This document shows positions 38,722 to 48,378 of a stretch of 64,000 nucleotides of DNA, piece after piece. The notes beneath the pieces are model-generated. The model did no database searches, was not told where the DNA came from, and worked only from the letters and a program-made list of their open reading frames with translations. Source of the DNA: an uncultured Candidatus Binatia bacterium (lineage in GTDB: Bacteria > Desulfobacterota > Binatia > UBA9968 > JAJDTQ01); contig OZ251459.1 of NCBI GenBank assembly GCA_965242525.1, forward strand, positions 3,840,001 through 3,904,000. Reading direction: 5' to 3'. Position numbers and translations under genes: made by a program. How positions within the stretch are numbered: the stretch's first letter is position 1; each line of letters starts with the position of its first letter.

Positions 38722-39696
38722 ATGGAAACGCTGTTCAACAGTCCTGACAAGTTCGCCAGCCGTTTCGCCACCGTGGACGGCTACAGGACCCACTACGTCG
38801 AGGCGGGGGAAGGGAACCCGGATCGGTTGCTGCTGGTGCACGGCGGCGCCATCGAGGTGGGCATGGGCTGTTACCGCTGGTACGCCAACGTCATCCCGCT
38901 GGCGAAGAAGTTCCATGTTTTCGCCATCGACGAGCTCGGCCACGGCTACACCGACCCGCCCCGGAACCTCGACGACCTGAGCCACATCCGGGTGCGGGCA
39001 GACCACGTGCTGAGCTTCATCGAGACCTTGGGACTCGGTCCCGTCAACCTGGCCGGCCAGTCCCAGGGGGGCTGGATCGTCACCTACATCACCCTCGAGC
39101 GGCCGGACCTGGTGAAGAAGCTCATACTCATCGACAGCGGCAGCACCGCGGGGCGGCCCGCGGAAGTGGCCTCGGTGGGGTCCACGGAGGTGGATGGCGT
39201 CCCGGTGTCCGGAGACGCCACCGAGCTGCCCTACTACAGGGAGTTGTTCGAGCCCGGCACCATGCGGCCGAAGGAGGGCCTGACCACCACCCGGGAGGGC
39301 GTGCGCAAGTACGCCAGCGCGTTCTTCCACGACAAGTCCATGGTCACCGAAGAGTTCCTGGACCACCTGATGGAGCTGTCGGGCAAGTGGAGCCAGCTCT
39401 ACATGGACCACCGGGGCAAGGACTTCTGGTCCCACACCAGCCTCGCCGACCACCGCCGGCAACTGGAGGTCGATGGCAAGCACATCCGCGAGCACGTGCA
39501 CCGGATCGAAACGCCCACCCTGGTGGTGTGGGGCAAGAACTCCAACAAGGGGCTCGACATGGGCTTCCTGCTCTACAAGCTCTTCCCCAACGCCCAGATG
39601 CACATACTGGACAAGGCCAACCACTTCCTGTGGCTGGACCAATGGCGCGACTTCAACGCGCTGGTGGAGTGGTTCGTTTGCAAGGAGGAGGGTTAG
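38722..39696 (+). CDS. Alpha/beta fold hydrolase (BphD/MhpC-like C-C hydrolase family possible)
   Basis: LLLVHGG, DELGHG, nucleophile elbow GQSQGG, PTLVVWG, C-terminal His (ANH). Confidence 0.85.
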   Translation: METLFNSPDKFASRFATVDGYRTHYVEAGEGNPDRLLLVHGGAIEVGMGCYRWYANVIPLAKKFHVFAIDELGHGYTDPPRNLDDLSHIRVRADHVLSFIETLGLGPVNLAGQSQGGWIVTYITLERPDLVKKLILIDSGSTAGRPAEVASVGSTEVDGVPVSGDATELPYYRELFEPGTMRPKEGLTTTREGVRKYASAFFHDKSMVTEEFLDHLMELSGKWSQLYMDHRGKDFWSHTSLADHRRQLEVDGKHIREHVHRIETPTLVVWGKNSNKGLDMGFLLYKLFPNAQMHILDKANHFLWLDQWRDFNALVEWFVCKEEG

Positions 39697-39702
39697 GCGA
39701 TC

Positions 39703-39840
39703 ATGGAGACCCTCTTCAACAGCCCGGACGAATGGAGCAGCCGTTCCACCGAGGCCGACGGCTACCGCACCCACTACATCGAGGCCGGGGCGTCCAACCC
39801 GGAACGCCTGCTGTCGCGCTCAAGTCCTTGGCGTCCATGA
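39703..39840 (+). pseudogene. 5' fragment of a tandem alpha/beta hydrolase paralogue
   Basis: METLFNSPDEWSSRSTEADGYRTHYIEAGASNPERLL parallels the N-terminus of the upstream gene; similarity stops at 39813. Confidence 0.8.
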
Positions 39841-39963
39841 GCGTCTTCATCCTTGCAGCATGAACGGAAGTCCGCCTCTGTCCAGTGTCGTTCCCCGTTG
39901 GAATCACGTCCCCCCTTCAGTGGCATCCTGCATTGGACAATCCTGCTGCCCCGAGGCCCTCGC

Positions 39964-42327
39964 GTGGCGCTGACCGAAGCCGACACCTGCCGCAAGTTCG
40001 TCGTCCGGAGGTTGCAGGGGGCCGGATGGGACGACCCTCCCCACGCCATCGACGAGCAGCGGACGTTCACGGACGGACGGGTGGTCTTCGTCCGGGGCGA
40101 GGCCCGGCGCGGCAAGCAGAAGCGCGCCGACTACCTCCTGCGCTACCGCCCCGACTTCCCGATTGCAGTGGTCGAGGCCAAGGCCCGCTACAAGGGGGCG
40201 AGCGACGGGCTCCAGCAGGCCAAGGACTATGCCGAAACCCTGGGCCTGAAGTTCGCCTACGCCACCAACGGGACCGAGGTCGTCGAGTTCGACTATACGA
40301 CGGGCGTCGAACGCAGCGTCGCCGGGTTCCCCGGTCCCGAGGAACTGTGGCGCCGGCTGCGGGAGGCGGAAGCCATCACCGACGACCGCGTGGCCGACAC
40401 CCTGCTCACGCCGAGCCATCCCGACCGGACCCGGCCGCTCCGCTACTACCAGGAAACATCCGTCAACCGCGCGGTGCAAGCCCTCCTGCAAGGCCGCCGG
40501 CGCGTCCTCCTGACCCTGTGCACCGGCGCGGGCAAGACCGCGGTGGCCTTCCAGATCTGCTGGAAGCTATGGAAGGCCGGCTGGAACGCCCGGGGCGGGG
40601 GGCGCAAACCGAAGATCCTGTTCCTGGCCGACCGCAACGTGCTGGTGGACGACCCCATGGCCAGGGACTTCCTCCCGTTCGGCGACGCCCGGCACAAGAT
40701 CGGCGGCGGCGTGGCGGTCAAGAGCCGAGACATGTACTTCGCCATCTACCAGGCCATGGCCCGGGACGAGAACCGCCCGGGGCTGTACCGGGACTATCCG
40801 AGGGACTTCTTCGACCTCGTGGTGGTGGACGAATGCCACCGGGGCAGCGCCCGCGACGACAGCAATTGGCGGGAAATACTGGAATGGTTCGAGCCGGCAT
40901 ACCAGCTTGGCATGACGGCCACGCCGCTCCGTCAGGACAACGCCGACACCTACGCCTACTTCGGCGGCCCCCTCTACGAATACAGCCTCGCCCAGGGGAT
41001 CGACGACGGTTTCCTCGCCCCCTACCGCGTCCACCGGGTCATCACCGACTACGACGCCGCGGGCTGGCGTCCGGCGAAACACGAGCTCGACCGCTACGGA
41101 CGAGAGGTTCCGGACGCCCTGTACGGCACCAGGGACTTCGAGCGGGTGGTGGCCCTCCGCGCCCGCACCCGGGCCATCGCCCGGCATCTCACCGGCTTCC
41201 TCCGGCAGACCGACCGCTTCGCCAAGACCATCGTGTTCTGCGTGGACCAGGAGCACGCCTCGGAGATGCGCCAGGCGCTCGTCTCCCTCAACGCGGACCT
41301 GGTGAAGCAGCACCCGGACTACGTCTGCCGGGTGACCGCGGACGAGGGCGACGTGGGCAGCGCGCACCGCGCCAGGTTCCAGGACGTCGAGACCCGGACG
41401 CCGGCGGTCCTGACCACCTCGCACCTGCTCACCACCGGCGTGGACGCGCCCACCTGCAAGAACGTCGTCCTGGCCCGCGTCGTGGGATCCATGCCCGAGT
41501 TCAAGCAGATCATCGGGCGCGGCACACGGCTGCGCCCCGACTACGGCAAGCTGGCCTTCCACATCATCGACTACACCGGCAGCGCCACCGAGAAGTTCGC
41601 AGACCCGGCCTTCGACGGGGAGCCCGTGGGCGGACAGGAAGCGGTGGTCGATGCCGAGGGCGAGGTGGTCGAGGAGCACGAGGCGCCCGAGGCGGTGTAC
41701 CCGGCGGGCGACCTCGACGATACCCCGGAGATACACGAGCCGCCGGACGCCGAGCCGCGCAAGTTCTACGTGGACGGCGGCGCGGTCGAGGTCCTCCGGC
41801 ACCTGGTCTATGAGTTGGACCTCGATGGGAAACGGCTATCGACCCGCCGGTTGACCGATTACACGGGCGACAGGGTGCGCACGCTCTATCCCCGCGCCGT
41901 CGAACTGCGCAAGGACTGGCTCGATTCCGACCGTCGGGCGCAGGTGGTCGAAGACCTGGAGCAGAGGGGGATCGTGCTGGAAACCCTGGCCGAGGCCGTC
42001 GGCAAGCCGGAAGCCGACCCCTTCGACCTCCTGTGCCATCTCGCCTACAACGCGCCGCTGCGCACGCGCCGGGAGCGGGCCGACCGGCTGCGGCGGGACC
42101 AGGAGGATTTCTTCGACACTTTCGGTCCGCAGGCGCGGGAGGTGCTGGACGCCCTGCTCGAAAAGTACGCCGAGCACGGCAGCGCCCAGTTCAAGCTGCC
42201 CGAGGTCCTGGAAGTGCCGCCGTTCAGCGGCTGGGGCAACGTGGTCGAAATCGCCGACCGCTTCGGCGGCAGCCGGCAGCTTCGCAGCGCGGTCAGCGAC
42301 CTCCAACGCCTGCTCTACGCCGCATGA
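39964..42327 (+). CDS. hsdR: Type I restriction enzyme R subunit (EcoAI/EcoEI-like)
   Basis: TEADT start, ADYLL...VVEAK nuclease motif, TGAGKT, DECHRG, GMTATP, QIIGRGTR, EcoEI_R_C-like tail. Confidence 0.92.
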   Translation: MALTEADTCRKFVVRRLQGAGWDDPPHAIDEQRTFTDGRVVFVRGEARRGKQKRADYLLRYRPDFPIAVVEAKARYKGASDGLQQAKDYAETLGLKFAYATNGTEVVEFDYTTGVERSVAGFPGPEELWRRLREAEAITDDRVADTLLTPSHPDRTRPLRYYQETSVNRAVQALLQGRRRVLLTLCTGAGKTAVAFQICWKLWKAGWNARGGGRKPKILFLADRNVLVDDPMARDFLPFGDARHKIGGGVAVKSRDMYFAIYQAMARDENRPGLYRDYPRDFFDLVVVDECHRGSARDDSNWREILEWFEPAYQLGMTATPLRQDNADTYAYFGGPLYEYSLAQGIDDGFLAPYRVHRVITDYDAAGWRPAKHELDRYGREVPDALYGTRDFERVVALRARTRAIARHLTGFLRQTDRFAKTIVFCVDQEHASEMRQALVSLNADLVKQHPDYVCRVTADEGDVGSAHRARFQDVETRTPAVLTTSHLLTTGVDAPTCKNVVLARVVGSMPEFKQIIGRGTRLRPDYGKLAFHIIDYTGSATEKFADPAFDGEPVGGQEAVVDAEGEVVEEHEAPEAVYPAGDLDDTPEIHEPPDAEPRKFYVDGGAVEVLRHLVYELDLDGKRLSTRRLTDYTGDRVRTLYPRAVELRKDWLDSDRRAQVVEDLEQRGIVLETLAEAVGKPEADPFDLLCHLAYNAPLRTRRERADRLRRDQEDFFDTFGPQAREVLDALLEKYAEHGSAQFKLPEVLEVPPFSGWGNVVEIADRFGGSRQLRSAVSDLQRLLYAA

Positions 42328-42328
42328 C

Positions 42329-42368
42329 CCGTTCGTCCCGAGCGTAGCGGAGCGGAGTCGAAGGACGC
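42329..42368 (-). repeat. REP-like element, copy 5, between hsdR and hsdM
   Basis: ccgttcgtcccgagcgtagcggagcggagtcgaaggacgc. Confidence 0.85.
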
Positions 42369-42419
42369 GCCCAGTCAGAGGACGTCCACCGCGGGCTTCC
42401 GCACCCGGGGGGTTCCGCA

Positions 42420-44015
42420 ATGGGCGTTGCCGGAAAGGAAACGAACGGCTTGAGCAAGGACAAGCGCAGGAAAGCCGCGCCCGGACCCATGACCACCGTT
42501 CAGCGGCTCGACGGCATCATCAAGTCCGCGCGCAAGGTCATGCGCAAGGACAAGGGGCTGAACGGCGACCTGGACCGGCTGCCCATGCTCACCTGGGTCC
42601 TGTTCCTCAAGTTCCTGGACGACATGGAACGGATCGAGCAGGGGCGGGCGGAGTTGGCGGGGCGGGAATACCGTCCGATCATCGAGAAGCCCTACCGTTG
42701 GCGGGACTGGGCGGCTCCGGCCGGCGGCGTCAGCGGGCCGGACCTGCTGGCCTTCCTGGCCGCGGAGCGCACGGCCCGGGCCGACGGCAGCGCCGGTCCC
42801 GGGCTGTTCGCCTATCTCCAGGGGCTGCGCGACGACGACGGCCGGCGCGAGCGGCGCGACGTCATCGCCACCGTGTTCCAGCGGTTGACCAACCGCATGG
42901 AGAGCGGCTATCTGCTGCGCGACGTCATCAACCTGGTGGACGGCATCCACTTCGACTCGTCCGACGAGATCCACACCCTGGGCCGCCTGTACGAGAGCAT
43001 GCTCCGGGAGATGCGGGACGCGGCCGGCGATTCCGGCGAGTTCTACACTCCCCGCCCGGTGGTCCGTTTCATGGTGGAGGTCACCGACCCGCAGCTTGGC
43101 GAGACGGTCCTCGACCCGGCCTGCGGCACCGGCGGTTTCCTCACCGAGGCGTTCCGGCATCTGGAGCGCCGCGCCCATACGGTGGAGCAGCGTGCGGTCC
43201 TGCAAGACCGCAGCATCCAGGGCGGCGAGTCCAAGTCGCTGCCCTTCCTGCTGGCCCAGATGAACCTGCTGCTCCACGGGTTGCACGCCCCGCGCATCGA
43301 CCCGGGCAACTCGCTCCGTTTTCGCCTGGCGGAGATCGGCGAGGAACAGCGGGTGAACGTCGTCCTGACCAACCCGCCCTTCGGCGGCGAGGAGGAGGCC
43401 GGCGTCCTCAACAACTTCCCGGAGGACCGGCGCACCACCGAGACCGCGCTGCTGTTCCTGCAGCTCATCATGCGGCGCCTGAAGCGCGGCGGCCGCGGAC
43501 GCGCCGCGGTGGTGGTGCCCAACGGCACGCTGTTCGGCGACGGCCTGTCGGCGCGCATCAAGGCCGACCTGCTGGAGCGCTTCAACCTGCACACCATCGT
43601 CCGTCTGCCCGAAGGCGTGTTCGCGCCCTACACCGACATCCCCACCAACCTGGTCTTCTTCGACACCAACGGCGCCACCGAGACCATCTGGTACTACGAG
43701 CAACCCCGGCCGGAGGGCCGCCGGAAATACTCCAAGACCGCGCCCCTGCTGTACGAAGAATTGGCCGACTGCCTGGCATGGTGGAAGGACCGGAAGGAGC
43801 ACGAACGCGCCTGGAAAGTGGACGCCAAGGGGCTGGTTCGGCGCGACGAGCAGGGCCGGGCGGCGGCCTGCAACCTCGACCTCAAGAACCCCCATTCGGG
43901 CGAGACCGTGGACCACCGCGCCCCTGCCGAAATCGTGGACGGCATCATTGAAAAGGAGCGCCGCATCCTCGCCATCATGGACAAGATCAAGGCGACGCTG
44001 GGGGAGGGGGAGTGA
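42420..44015 (+). CDS. hsdM: Type I RM m6A methyltransferase subunit (start uncertain, 42420-42489)
   Basis: GEFYTPR, DPACGTGGF, NPPF motifs. Confidence 0.93.
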   Translation: MGVAGKETNGLSKDKRRKAAPGPMTTVQRLDGIIKSARKVMRKDKGLNGDLDRLPMLTWVLFLKFLDDMERIEQGRAELAGREYRPIIEKPYRWRDWAAPAGGVSGPDLLAFLAAERTARADGSAGPGLFAYLQGLRDDDGRRERRDVIATVFQRLTNRMESGYLLRDVINLVDGIHFDSSDEIHTLGRLYESMLREMRDAAGDSGEFYTPRPVVRFMVEVTDPQLGETVLDPACGTGGFLTEAFRHLERRAHTVEQRAVLQDRSIQGGESKSLPFLLAQMNLLLHGLHAPRIDPGNSLRFRLAEIGEEQRVNVVLTNPPFGGEEEAGVLNNFPEDRRTTETALLFLQLIMRRLKRGGRGRAAVVVPNGTLFGDGLSARIKADLLERFNLHTIVRLPEGVFAPYTDIPTNLVFFDTNGATETIWYYEQPRPEGRRKYSKTAPLLYEELADCLAWWKDRKEHERAWKVDAKGLVRRDEQGRAAACNLDLKNPHSGETVDHRAPAEIVDGIIEKERRILAIMDKIKATLGEGE

Positions 44016-45160
44016 TGGGGTGGCCGGTCGTCAAACTCGAAGAAGTTCTCGATCAAGATCTGGATTTAGTAAACGATCTTGAGCCGAAAATCTACAAGAA
44101 ACTTTCGGTGAAGCTCTACGGCAAAGGAGTGATGCCGGACAAGCCTGTTGATGCTCGTGTCGTTCGCATGAAAAAGCACCAAATTGCCAGGGAAGGACAG
44201 GTAATCGTCTCTGAAATCTGGGCCAAGAAAGGGGCAATCGGAATCGTCCCCGCCGATGGAAGCGGCGCTTTGTGTACAAGCCACTTCTTTCTCTTCAACC
44301 GAAACCCTGATCGAGTTACAGAGGGTTGGCTTCGGTATCTTTTCGTTGCAAACTTCCTTGAACCACAATTGAGTGCTGAGGCCAGAGGAACGACAGGCTA
44401 CGCATCTGTCAGGCCGCGCCACTTCCTTCAGTGTGAAGTTCCCCTCCCGCACCTTGGCGAGCAGCGACGGATCGTCGCCAAGCTGGACAAGGTAGCGGGG
44501 TTGGTGGAGGAACGAAGAAGGGTCATCGAGACAGCCGAGCGCGACGCCCATGCCATGCTGTCCAACGCCTTCCGGGAGGTTATCGACGGCGCGCCGTACC
44601 GTCCAATGGCCGAGGTCGCGCCGCTGGTCCGTCGACCGGTTGTGGTGGAGCCGGACCAACAGTATACCGAGATAGGCGTAAAGAGTTTCTACAATGGTAT
44701 TTTTCACCGGCGCACGATGAACGGGTCTGAATACAGTTGGCAGAAACTCTTCTGGATCAGGGAGGGTGATCTTGTCTTCAGCAACCTGATGGCTTGGGAG
44801 CAAGGGATTGCCGCGGCCTCGGCTGAAGACAACGGTTGTGTCGGAAATCACCGAATGCTGACGTGTGAAGTGAATCGCACCTTGGCAACTCCGCCTTTTC
44901 TGCTTGCCTACTTCAGAACGGAAGAAGGATTCATGCAGGTAGCGGAGCATTCCCCTGGAAGCATCGCCCGCAACAAGACCTTATCATCAAAAAAGTTGCC
45001 AACGATCGAAGTTCCCGTGCCGCCCCTCGACCGGCAACGGTGGTTCGGCCGCTTGCAGGCACAGGTTCACCAGATGGGGGCGATACGGGAAGGCGCCGGC
45101 CAGGACATGGACGCGTTGCTGCCGGCAATGCTACAAGGTGCGTTTCGGAGACGTGGATGA
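44012..45160 (+). CDS. hsdS: Type I RM specificity subunit
   Basis: Two TRDs each followed by a conserved helix (VPLPHLGEQRRIVAKLD; VPVPPLDRQ); overlaps the hsdM stop. Confidence 0.88.
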   Translation: MMGWPVVKLEEVLDQDLDLVNDLEPKIYKKLSVKLYGKGVMPDKPVDARVVRMKKHQIAREGQVIVSEIWAKKGAIGIVPADGSGALCTSHFFLFNRNPDRVTEGWLRYLFVANFLEPQLSAEARGTTGYASVRPRHFLQCEVPLPHLGEQRRIVAKLDKVAGLVEERRRVIETAERDAHAMLSNAFREVIDGAPYRPMAEVAPLVRRPVVVEPDQQYTEIGVKSFYNGIFHRRTMNGSEYSWQKLFWIREGDLVFSNLMAWEQGIAAASAEDNGCVGNHRMLTCEVNRTLATPPFLLAYFRTEEGFMQVAEHSPGSIARNKTLSSKKLPTIEVPVPPLDRQRWFGRLQAQVHQMGAIREGAGQDMDALLPAMLQGAFRRRG

Positions 45161-46908
45161 GGGTTGACGCCAAGCGTCTGTGGGAGGCGGTGCGCCTCGG
45201 CGAGGACAGCGACCTCGAACTGAAGGAAGCGCGCTTCCGCGGCCGGCGCGTGTCCGCTCCCGCCCACGACGACCTTGCCGACGAATTCGCCGCGTTCGCC
45301 AACGCCCGGGGCGGCCGCCTCCTGCTCGGCGTGAGGGATGATCGAACGCCGCAGTCCCTCGACCCTGCGCAGCTCGATGCGCTGATGGACCTGGTCAAGG
45401 AGGTTTGCGAGGACAGCATCGAGCCGCGGCTGGACTTCGACGCCGTTCGCGTCCCCGTTCCCTCTCCCGGCGATGGCGGCGCCCTTGTTGTCGAGGTTCC
45501 GGCGGGGGACTCCGTCCACCGCTCACCCGGCGGCTACTACCGCCGCCGCGGCGACGCCAAGCGGCAAATGCAGCCGGACGACATTCGCCGCCTGCTGCAA
45601 GCCAGAGGCCAGTCCGCCGCCTCCACGGATACGCAGACGGTCCCCGACACCAGCTTCAACACCTTGCGCCCGGAACTGTGGCGGCGCTACGCGAGTTCGC
45701 GCGCCAGCGAGCCTGCCGAAATCACCCTCTCCAAGTTGAAGTTCGTCAAGACGGACCGGCAGGGAGCGCTCCGCGTTACGGTCGGCGGCGTATTGCTCGG
45801 CTGCGAGGAGCCTCGCGAGTGGCTGCCGAACGCCTACATCCAAGCCGTCTGCTACGACAGCGTTCGCATGGACGGCAACTGGCAACTCGACGCCCAGGAC
45901 ATCGGCGGGCCGCTCGACAGACAGATACGGGACGCCGTGCGTTTCGTGATGCGCAACCGCCGGGTGGCCGCGCACAAGGCGCCGGGACGCAGTGAAGTGC
46001 CGCAATACAGCGAACGGGCGGTGTTCGAGGCGGTGGTGAACGCGGTGGTGCATCGGGACTATGCGGTTGCCGGCTCCCACATTCGCCTGTTCATGTTCGA
46101 AGACCGCCTGGAGCTCTATTCCCCCGGCGGCCTGTGCAACTCCATGACCACGGACGACCTCCGCATCAGCCAATTCACCCGCAACGAACTGCTGGCGTCT
46201 CGGCTTGGCCAATGCCCCGTGGGCGACATTCCCGGCGCCGGCGGCAGGGATTACTTCATCGAGCGGCGCGGCGAGGGCGTCGCCGTAATCGAGGACGAGA
46301 CCTTCGCGCTCACCGGCAGGAAGCCCGTCTTCGAGATGATCGGGGAACGGGAGCTGAAGCTGACGCTGCCGGTGGCCAGCCCGCCGTTGCCGGACGGCAT
46401 CGCCGTGCGCGTGCGGGTGCGCGATGACCGCAGCGGTGAACCGCTGCGGGACGCCCATGTGCTGATGCTCTATCCCGACAAGACCTGTCGCGAGGGGCGC
46501 ACCGACGCCTTCGGCCGTGCGGATTTCACGGTGCACTCCCGGCTGCCGATGACCGTGCTGTGCGCCGCGCCGGGGTTCGCCGCGCGTGTGGCGAGGGACT
46601 GCATTCCGAACGGACCGCTGGAACTGCGCATGGCGCCGCTGCCGGGCGGGGGGTCGCTGATAATCGCCAGTGGAACGGGACGCCTGCCGGGCATCGAAGG
46701 GCGGCTCAACCCCATCCTCGACAACCACGACAGAACCTACCTGTACGCCGGCAACGTCGCCATCAACGACGGCCTGCAGCAGCCGGTCCATTTCGCCTTG
46801 AACGAGCCTGTCCGCTTGACGGACTCGCTGGGCGCCCATGCAACCCTGTGGTTCCGGGAGGTGCTGGGGGAATCCTGCGTGTTCGACTACCGTTTCGAGA
46901 CCGACTGA
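45157..46908 (+). CDS. Schlafen/AlbA_2 domain + RecG-C/HATPase_c_4-like domain + atypical beta-rich C-terminal domain
   Basis: GEDSDLELKE, AAFANARGGRLLLGVRDD (AlbA_2); EAVVNAVVHRDY, LELYSPGGL, RNELLA, ERRGEG (HATPase_c_4). ATGA overlap with hsdS. Confidence 0.82.
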   Translation: MRVDAKRLWEAVRLGEDSDLELKEARFRGRRVSAPAHDDLADEFAAFANARGGRLLLGVRDDRTPQSLDPAQLDALMDLVKEVCEDSIEPRLDFDAVRVPVPSPGDGGALVVEVPAGDSVHRSPGGYYRRRGDAKRQMQPDDIRRLLQARGQSAASTDTQTVPDTSFNTLRPELWRRYASSRASEPAEITLSKLKFVKTDRQGALRVTVGGVLLGCEEPREWLPNAYIQAVCYDSVRMDGNWQLDAQDIGGPLDRQIRDAVRFVMRNRRVAAHKAPGRSEVPQYSERAVFEAVVNAVVHRDYAVAGSHIRLFMFEDRLELYSPGGLCNSMTTDDLRISQFTRNELLASRLGQCPVGDIPGAGGRDYFIERRGEGVAVIEDETFALTGRKPVFEMIGERELKLTLPVASPPLPDGIAVRVRVRDDRSGEPLRDAHVLMLYPDKTCREGRTDAFGRADFTVHSRLPMTVLCAAPGFAARVARDCIPNGPLELRMAPLPGGGSLIIASGTGRLPGIEGRLNPILDNHDRTYLYAGNVAINDGLQQPVHFALNEPVRLTDSLGAHATLWFREVLGESCVFDYRFETD

Positions 46909-46991
46909 TTTCCCGTTCTTCAGGATTTCGCGTGGACGGTGTCCCACGGAGGGAATCGGACCTCATGGCGTGGGAGGGGAGTGTGGCACAC

Positions 46992-47486
46992 CTACACGAA
47001 ATCGGTATAGACGATGCGGCCGTTCTGCCTTGCCCAGGCTTCGGAGAATCCCACGTGGGAGATCACGTTGCTGCTTTGATCGAGCTGGCGTTCGGTCTCT
47101 TTGAGCACGACGGCCGGATCCATTTCATAGATGCACTTGCACCTTGTCTGTTCGTTCCTGTAGAAGACTGCCAGATATACCATCCTGTTCCGGATGATTC
47201 GCTCGAGGGACTTGGCGCGTTTGTCGCCAGGTTCCCTGAACATGCGGTCCAGTTGTCCCGTTCCGCCTTCTTGACAGGACAGATATTCGTATTGTTCATC
47301 GGGACGATTCGGAGCATGGGCATCCGCGTGGCGTTTTGAATGGACCAGTTCATGTCCCAATATGTCTGCAATGATCATCTCCTTCACCAGTCCTGGCTGA
47401 AGCAGGTTGGTAATGCCAACGGACCTCGCCAGTTTCGTGGCTTCGAGGATCAGTTCGATGATTTTGCGATAGATGGGTCGGGTCAC
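46992..47486 (-). CDS. Putative small type II restriction endonuclease (PvuII-like by recollection)
   Basis: 164 aa; coupled (GTGA) to the MTase; D..YE pattern (HADA...QYEYLS); size and layout similar to PvuII. Confidence 0.5.
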   Translation of the reverse strand: MTRPIYRKIIELILEATKLARSVGITNLLQPGLVKEMIIADILGHELVHSKRHADAHAPNRPDEQYEYLSCQEGGTGQLDRMFREPGDKRAKSLERIIRNRMVYLAVFYRNEQTRCKCIYEMDPAVVLKETERQLDQSSNVISHVGFSEAWARQNGRIVYTDFV

Positions 47487-48280
47487 TGGAAAAGCATCCT
47501 TGCCAGATGTTCATCGATCTTCCGAAGCCTCTCGTTTGCCGCCTTGACAAATTCCTTGTCCCGTTCGATTCCGATGAAATGGCGGTTGAGTCGCTTGCAG
47601 ACAACCGGACACGTGCCGACACCGGCAAATGGATCCAGTACCAAATCATCCTCCGCGGAGCTGGCCTTGACCAGGCGCTCCATGATCTGTTCGGGCTTCT
47701 GGATGGTATTGAGCGCGTCGCGGTTGAGCAGCTCTTTCGATTTGTAGGTCAATTGCTTGATGTCTCCCCACACGTCGCCGGGGTTCTTTCCGTCTCCGTT
47801 GAACTTCGTCTTCCGGTACCGTCCGTTTCTGACGGAAGGCACCCGTTCACAACGCAAGCGGTGGTCCAGTTCGACGAGTTGCGGAACGCGGACGGCGTCA
47901 AGGTCGAAGGTCCTCGGTTTGTCGCCCTTGATGAAGTAGCAGATGACATCATGGTTGTTGGTGTACTTGAGGCGCCCCTGGGCGAGTCGGCTCGGTTGGT
48001 ACCAGATGATCCGTGACCTGAGGTTCAGAAAAGGGCGATAGTCGATGAAGTCGATGCAGTTCGGTTTCCCGAAAAGGTACAAAGCGCCCCCTTCTTTCAG
48101 TTTCCTGGAAAATATGCGGATCAGATCCAGGTTGTATTCCTGGATGTTCTGGATTCTGTCCCATTGATTGCCCGTGACGCCGTACGGGCCGTCGCAGATG
48201 ACCAGGTCGATACTTCCGTCGTCGATCCGGGGAAACAAGTCGAAGGCGTCTGCCTGGTAGATGCGATCCAGCTCGATCAT
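47483..48280 (-). CDS. Beta-class N4/N6 DNA methyltransferase
   Basis: Motif IV variant DGPY near the N-terminus; QKPE and LVLDPFAGVGT (motif I) near the C-terminus. Confidence 0.9.
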   Translation of the reverse strand: MIELDRIYQADAFDLFPRIDDGSIDLVICDGPYGVTGNQWDRIQNIQEYNLDLIRIFSRKLKEGGALYLFGKPNCIDFIDYRPFLNLRSRIIWYQPSRLAQGRLKYTNNHDVICYFIKGDKPRTFDLDAVRVPQLVELDHRLRCERVPSVRNGRYRKTKFNGDGKNPGDVWGDIKQLTYKSKELLNRDALNTIQKPEQIMERLVKASSAEDDLVLDPFAGVGTCPVVCKRLNRHFIGIERDKEFVKAANERLRKIDEHLARMLFQ

Positions 48281-48378
48281 TCGCCAGTTCCTTCCGATTT
48301 ACTTAGAGGTTCAGGTCACGTAATCTGTTTGGAGTCAAGTCAGCTCACGTCCAAGTCAAAACAGGGACAGATACTGTC

